Virus record (IMG/VR): IMGVR_UViG_3300011118_000009
Coordinates: 1 to 50,566 of that record
Origin: a virus
Lineage: Duplodnaviria > Caudoviricetes
Length of the DNA: 50,566 nt
Direction: 5' to 3' (one strand)
Part shown: piece after piece, positions 46,408-50,566 of the stretch
How the letters are laid out: each line of letters begins with the position of its first letter
Position numbering within the stretch: the first letter of the stretch is position 1
The notes under the pieces: model-generated
The model's input: the letters and a program-made list of their open reading frames with translations, nothing else
Databases searched by the model: none
What the model was told of the DNA's origin: nothing
Program-made: the position numbers and the translations under genes

Positions 46408-48441
46408 ATGTCATATAAGTTTTCCTTGCCGGAAGATACACCGGGGAATAAGAAACAGACGGAAAATATTTTCAGCTATCTTGTCGCTGCGGGAAAATCA
46501 AGACGGAACCCCGTTGCGGTTAATTGGTTAATTAATCATTACTATATGCGGGGACTGCGGAATTTTACAGCCCTTGATTATGGGAAGGGGTCTCTGAATG
46601 TTTCTTATATGGATGAATCGGGGGTCCTGAAATTCAAGTATGAGGAGATTTTATCGAAGTATCAGGCCCAGCTTGGCCGGTTACTTTCGATTAATCTTGC
46701 CCCGGCTGTCTCGCGGAAAGGGGTCAGTCTCGATGGCCTGAGAAAAGCAAGTACGGCACAGGTAGTTTTGGAGTCAGCATTTCCACAGGATAAAGTCGCC
46801 CAACTTGGACTTAACTTATTCCCCCCTCTTTTGCAATATGGAACAGTTGGGTTGGGATTGTGGGTAGAGGGGGAAGATAGTATCGGTATTGATACCATTA
46901 TGCCCTGGGAGTTGATTCCAATTCCAGTGGATATTTCCTCCCCTGCGGAGGTTAGAGGTTTAATTAGGACTCGATTTGTACCTATGGATTGGGTGAAGAA
47001 TTTATCTATAACACCGGGACGGGGCTCAAAAGCATACAAGGGCATAGATGATTTCAAGGTTCCAGTTGGGGATTTGCCCGCCGATGTTACATCTAAATTT
47101 CATGGGTCGGCATCAATGACCTATACAAACAGTGGATTCTTTATTCGGGATTCCAATAGTCAGGTCGAAACACAATGGCCTGGGCGGGGGACCAAGAAAG
47201 ATAAAACTCACATGGATGTAACCCAATTGACGGAGGTGTGGTTGGAAACACCAGATGGGTATTTGGGAGAGTATTTAGTATTTATAGGAACGGATAAGTT
47301 TACCCAGCTTTATCGACAAGATCATAGCCTCAGTAAATATCACATGCCGGTAAGAATTGTACGAGATGTTACGGTGGGTGGATTTTGGGGTCGGTCTTTT
47401 GTAGACCAGTTGATTCCTTTGAATACTGAGACGGAATATGCTTTGAGTAGTGTCTTTCAATCCGTGGCTGATTTTGACCTGTATGGTCTTATGATGTGGC
47501 CCACTACAATGGGAACCCCACCGGAAGCTCAACGGGGTCGGGATGGTATTAAGTATATTCGATATGAACAGGATTACACGGCGAGTAATGATAAGCCATT
47601 TAATATTCAACCTTCTAAGATGCAAAAACCACAGATTGACGCCGTTATGATGGCCGTTAATCTCGCGGATAAAATAGCCAATCAGCCCGGGGAAATGATG
47701 AGGGGGGAGGCTCCGGGGCGAGTTGATTCGGCATCCGGGTTAGGGTTATTGTATGAGACCTCTGGTGTGCCTTTATCTCCTACGGCCAAGAATACGGCCA
47801 CTGCCATAGCTGGAATCTATAGGGCGATGTTGGGAGTTTGTGGAGACCTTTGGCGGTCTGGTAAAGTTATTGATATGACATGCCTTGATGATTCACTGGC
47901 TGGAATTATTCTTGACACTGAAACCGGTCAGATTAGTCTTGGTGAAAATTCGATCCCATCGCCGGATGAGGTCATTGTTAACGTGGCGTCGGAAGTACCG
48001 GTTTCAAAAGAACAACAGAAAATGGAACTCAAAGAGGCCCTCAAAGACGGGGTAATTACTCTCGATGAATATAGTTTTAAGGTTAGGAAACAGGGGCTTG
48101 ATCTCCCCGTTGGAAACGAACAGGCGTGGCAAAATCACCGCCGAGCAATGCTTGAAAATATTATTTTGTTTGGGGACGGAGAAACCCCCGGTAAAGTAAT
48201 TGTCAGTGCCCGTGACATGCACATGATTCACAAACAGGTTCTTGACGAATTTATGGCTCGTCCAGAATTTTATGCAGCCAAGGTTGTTGTTCAAGATAAG
48301 TTTGTTGAACACTATGAGGAACATCTTGTCGGTCTTGGGGCCATGCCTGATGAGATGGAACAACCCGATGAAGCAGCGGAGTTGGAATTAATGGCTCCTC
48401 CGCAGGGTCCCGGTCCAATAGAACCAGGGGCAGAATTTTAA
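46408..48441 (+). CDS. Portal protein
   Basis: 677 aa after TerL; FWGRSFVDQLIPLN and G..P.RVDSASGL patterns of podovirus-type portals. Confidence 0.8.
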   Translation: MSYKFSLPEDTPGNKKQTENIFSYLVAAGKSRRNPVAVNWLINHYYMRGLRNFTALDYGKGSLNVSYMDESGVLKFKYEEILSKYQAQLGRLLSINLAPAVSRKGVSLDGLRKASTAQVVLESAFPQDKVAQLGLNLFPPLLQYGTVGLGLWVEGEDSIGIDTIMPWELIPIPVDISSPAEVRGLIRTRFVPMDWVKNLSITPGRGSKAYKGIDDFKVPVGDLPADVTSKFHGSASMTYTNSGFFIRDSNSQVETQWPGRGTKKDKTHMDVTQLTEVWLETPDGYLGEYLVFIGTDKFTQLYRQDHSLSKYHMPVRIVRDVTVGGFWGRSFVDQLIPLNTETEYALSSVFQSVADFDLYGLMMWPTTMGTPPEAQRGRDGIKYIRYEQDYTASNDKPFNIQPSKMQKPQIDAVMMAVNLADKIANQPGEMMRGEAPGRVDSASGLGLLYETSGVPLSPTAKNTATAIAGIYRAMLGVCGDLWRSGKVIDMTCLDDSLAGIILDTETGQISLGENSIPSPDEVIVNVASEVPVSKEQQKMELKEALKDGVITLDEYSFKVRKQGLDLPVGNEQAWQNHRRAMLENIILFGDGETPGKVIVSARDMHMIHKQVLDEFMARPEFYAAKVVVQDKFVEHYEEHLVGLGAMPDEMEQPDEAAELELMAPPQGPGPIEPGAEF

Positions 48442-48462
48442 TTCAAATTGAAAGGATAGAAA

Positions 48463-49440
48463 ATGGACAAATTATTCAAACTATTTGGTTTTCACACGCC
48501 TTTATGTATGATATTTGACGGAGATGATGGTGCGGGAAATGCTAACGATTCCAACGCAAGTGGGGGATCGGATAATTCCTCCGCAGGTGGCGGTGGGGGT
48601 GATAACAATGGAGCTAATAAGGACGATAATTCATCCTCGAAAAAGGAAGGAACCCATACAATTAAAGTAGATGGGGAAGACCGGCAGGTATCACTGGAGG
48701 AGCTTAAAACACTGGCATCCAAGGCTGGGGGGGCGGATGCTCGCTTCCAGGAAGCCGCCGATATCAAGAAAGCAGCAGAGAATGGGACCAGAATCGGGGC
48801 ATTGATCGAGAGTCTTTCCGGCGACGGAGACCCCAAAGAGTCTGATGTCCGGGAATTGTCATCCCTGATTGGGGTGAATCCTGATGAGTTTCTTCAATTT
48901 CTTAACGAGGATGAAAAAAAACCAGCAAAAGCCGCAGACGGTAAAATATCCACAGAGGCTCTAACAGAGGCATTAGGTGTTTCCCCTGCGGAGGTTAAGG
49001 CTATTTTGGAGCATTCTAATAAGAGGCATGTTGCGGATGCTCAAAAAGAATTACGAGAAATATCGGATATAGCGGTTGACAAAGATGAGATAATTGGTAA
49101 AATGATAGTAGGTGAGAACAAAGATGAGGTTCTTACCGCTGTTAAGGATATGGTAGCTGAGGATGTTCTTAGGAAGATTCAAGATGGAATGCCGTATGGG
49201 GCCGAGATGGTTGCTGCAAGCGTACAGAGGGTGCGGTCGCAATTGACTAAGCTTGGTATCCCGAATAAGCCGGGCCAGCAACCCATAGTTTTGGGCCTGG
49301 GACCAGGACAAGGAATTCCGTTAGATGTCCAAGCCGACGAACCAATTAAGCGAATTTCTTCGACTCAGGATGGTGGTGAGGAGAATATTGTTAAGCGATA
49401 TCTCCAAGCGGCTGTTAAAGTTGCGAGACGTGGGAAATAG
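48463..49440 (+). CDS. Capsid scaffolding protein
   Basis: IKVDGEDRQVSLEEL motif; acidic and helical; between portal and capsid genes. Confidence 0.75.
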   Translation: MDKLFKLFGFHTPLCMIFDGDDGAGNANDSNASGGSDNSSAGGGGGDNNGANKDDNSSSKKEGTHTIKVDGEDRQVSLEELKTLASKAGGADARFQEAADIKKAAENGTRIGALIESLSGDGDPKESDVRELSSLIGVNPDEFLQFLNEDEKKPAKAADGKISTEALTEALGVSPAEVKAILEHSNKRHVADAQKELREISDIAVDKDEIIGKMIVGENKDEVLTAVKDMVAEDVLRKIQDGMPYGAEMVAASVQRVRSQLTKLGIPNKPGQQPIVLGLGPGQGIPLDVQADEPIKRISSTQDGGEENIVKRYLQAAVKVARRGK

Positions 49441-49531
49441 CTTGGATTGGGCAGTCCTTTTTGCTATATACGTATTGGTTTTAGTGCCAATAGAACAAGA
49501 AACGTGTATATAGTTTTTAGGAGATATTCAA

Positions 49532-50566
49532 ATGGCGTCTGCCGTTAGTGTACTTGACAACTTAGTTAGAGAAGAGTTGCCGATGATGATTACGGAGATA
49601 GGGCCTCAGATTGCCCCGGTCTTCGATAAGATCAAATCAACTGCGATGGGGGTTAAGAGTCAGGAAGGTGTTGGAAGAGGTTTTAAGGTTATACATCTGT
49701 ACGAGACAGGTGTTGCGGGTCTGATGGAATCAGGTGATCCCATGGGTCCGGGTATGCACACGGTTTCCGGGAATCAGGTTAATACGTTGCTCCAAGGTAC
49801 GGCGGCTACGAATTTGAGCGTGTTCCCGAATGCCAAAGAGTCGCCACATACCGGTGATTTGAAGCGGGAATTGGTGTTGCATAAGATCGTAGGTAACTTT
49901 AGCATTCCGGCAACATGGAAGACGATGGATATGTTGAATGCAACCCAGATTAAGAAGGTTGCCCGGGATATGAAGGCCGTTGCAAAGCTGAAAGCTATTT
50001 ATGAGGCTTCGAGTTTCTTCAGTCATAGTGTAACAAATAGTTCGACTTACCAGAATCAGGTACTTGGAAGGGTTAAGACCGTTGGACATAATGCGACATG
50101 GACTACCTATTTGGATATTACGATTGACGAAGCCTATGGCCGAATTGCTAATTTCCGTAAGGGTATGCGAATTGATGTCGTAGCCGACAGTGCTGGTGTC
50201 TTGCAGGATGGGTCTACGATGGATACTTCGCAAACTCGTAATGTCGATGCGTCTGAGAGTTATGTTTCTCTGACTATTGTCAATGTTGATTTTCTTGGGA
50301 AGAAGATTACGTTAATGCCTATTGATACCGGTGATGGTTCTACTCCCGCCGCATCGACTGGTTGGTATGGTGGGACTACATTTGCGGGAGCCGCTGATGA
50401 CTGGCTGACAATGGCAAAGACAACTCGTTATCAGTCGGGAAGCCGTCCTCAGTTTAGTTGGGGAATCAATGATTGGGTTAAGGCGTCCGGCCAAATTCTT
50501 GGCGGAGCAGACGCAGCCCAGGCCCTGGACCTTGACCTTTATCAGCAGTTTAAGTCTCAGGTTCAG
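49532..50566 (+). CDS. Major capsid protein, 3'-truncated by the window end (not in ORF track)
   Basis: AGGAG RBS; ATG 49532 (MASAVSVLDNLVREELP...) open for 345 codons to the edge; follows the scaffold gene. Confidence 0.7.
   Translation, partial: MASAVSVLDNLVREELPMMITEIGPQIAPVFDKIKSTAMGVKSQEGVGRGFKVIHLYETGVAGLMESGDPMGPGMHTVSGNQVNTLLQGTAATNLSVFPNAKESPHTGDLKRELVLHKIVGNFSIPATWKTMDMLNATQIKKVARDMKAVAKLKAIYEASSFFSHSVTNSSTYQNQVLGRVKTVGHNATWTTYLDITIDEAYGRIANFRKGMRIDVVADSAGVLQDGSTMDTSQTRNVDASESYVSLTIVNVDFLGKKITLMPIDTGDGSTPAASTGWYGGTTFAGAADDWLTMAKTTRYQSGSRPQFSWGINDWVKASGQILGGADAAQALDLDLYQQFKSQVQ

Larger units (their letters stand above)
1810..48994. repeat. Dispersed 9-mer CCTCCGCAG / CTGCGGAGG, at least 57 exact copies
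   Basis: CCTCCGCAG starts at 2580, 2934, 7129, 11313, 12119, 15056, 17177, 19950, 20646, 24211, 24636, 25968, 26905, 28454, 28736, 31932, 32214, 34947, 36850, 40623, 41890, 42749, 46295, 48397, 48578. CTGCGGAGG starts at 1810, 4251, 5878, 7243, 12615, 13257, 15499, 16143, 18457, 21591, 22776, 24439, 25100, 26246, 26483, 27060, 29096, 30468, 31732, 32242, 35967, 36986, 37015, 37174, 39135, 40332, 42825, 42903, 43939, 46027, 46943, 48986. Many one-mismatch variants also occur. Confidence 0.97.
1..50566 (+). mobile_element. Tailed dsDNA bacteriophage genome, near-complete, podovirus-like organisation
   Basis: Terminase-portal-scaffold-capsid block, fibre genes, a run of helical Ala/Gly/Gln/Lys-rich ejection-type genes, PolA, helicase, SSB. 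No host housekeeping genes, integrase or sheath/tape-measure module recognised. Confidence 0.93.

Noticed and set aside
1810-48994. 9-mer as simply a Shine-Dalgarno sequence (it contains GGAGG) or a codon-usage effect
   Set aside because: Only a few copies precede starts (e.g. 26246, 35967, 40332), 25 are in the antisense orientation, and all six frames are used.
534-50494. Most minus-strand and nested short ORFs in the supplied track
   Set aside because: They shadow longer motif-bearing plus-strand genes and lack RBS or recognisable motifs.
50500-50566. Circular closure or terminal repeat with the window start
   Set aside because: No end overlap seen and the capsid ORF is not completed at position 1, so some sequence is missing.
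1-50566. tRNA, rRNA, integrase or att site
   Set aside because: None recognised by eye; a tRNA/Rfam scan would be needed to exclude them formally.

Overview
Near-complete genome of a tailed dsDNA phage (Caudoviricetes, podovirus-like gene order), linearised inside the head module. The window ends in an unfinished major-capsid-like gene and does not close on its start. Layout: virion, fibre and ejection genes (1-19.9 kb); replication, recombination and nucleotide genes including a UDG-domain family A DNA polymerase (20-31.7 kb); an early/accessory region with a captured, half-deleted R-M system (31.9-36.6 kb); an iteron-bearing non-coding region next to the only large minus-strand gene, a D5/SF3 helicase (36.7-39 kb); then terminase, portal, scaffold and capsid (42-50.6 kb). 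The strongest unexplained signal is a non-palindromic 9-mer, CCTCCGCAG/CTGCGGAGG. I counted at least 57 exact copies by eye, against fewer than 0.4 expected by chance. They lie on both strands, in all six reading frames, in two promoter spacers and in a terminator stem. Also notable: a polymerase with substituted active-site residues and no recognisable primase, split motifs linking consecutive fibre genes, and a dual-frame C5 methyltransferase gene. All product calls come from motif recognition, not database searches.
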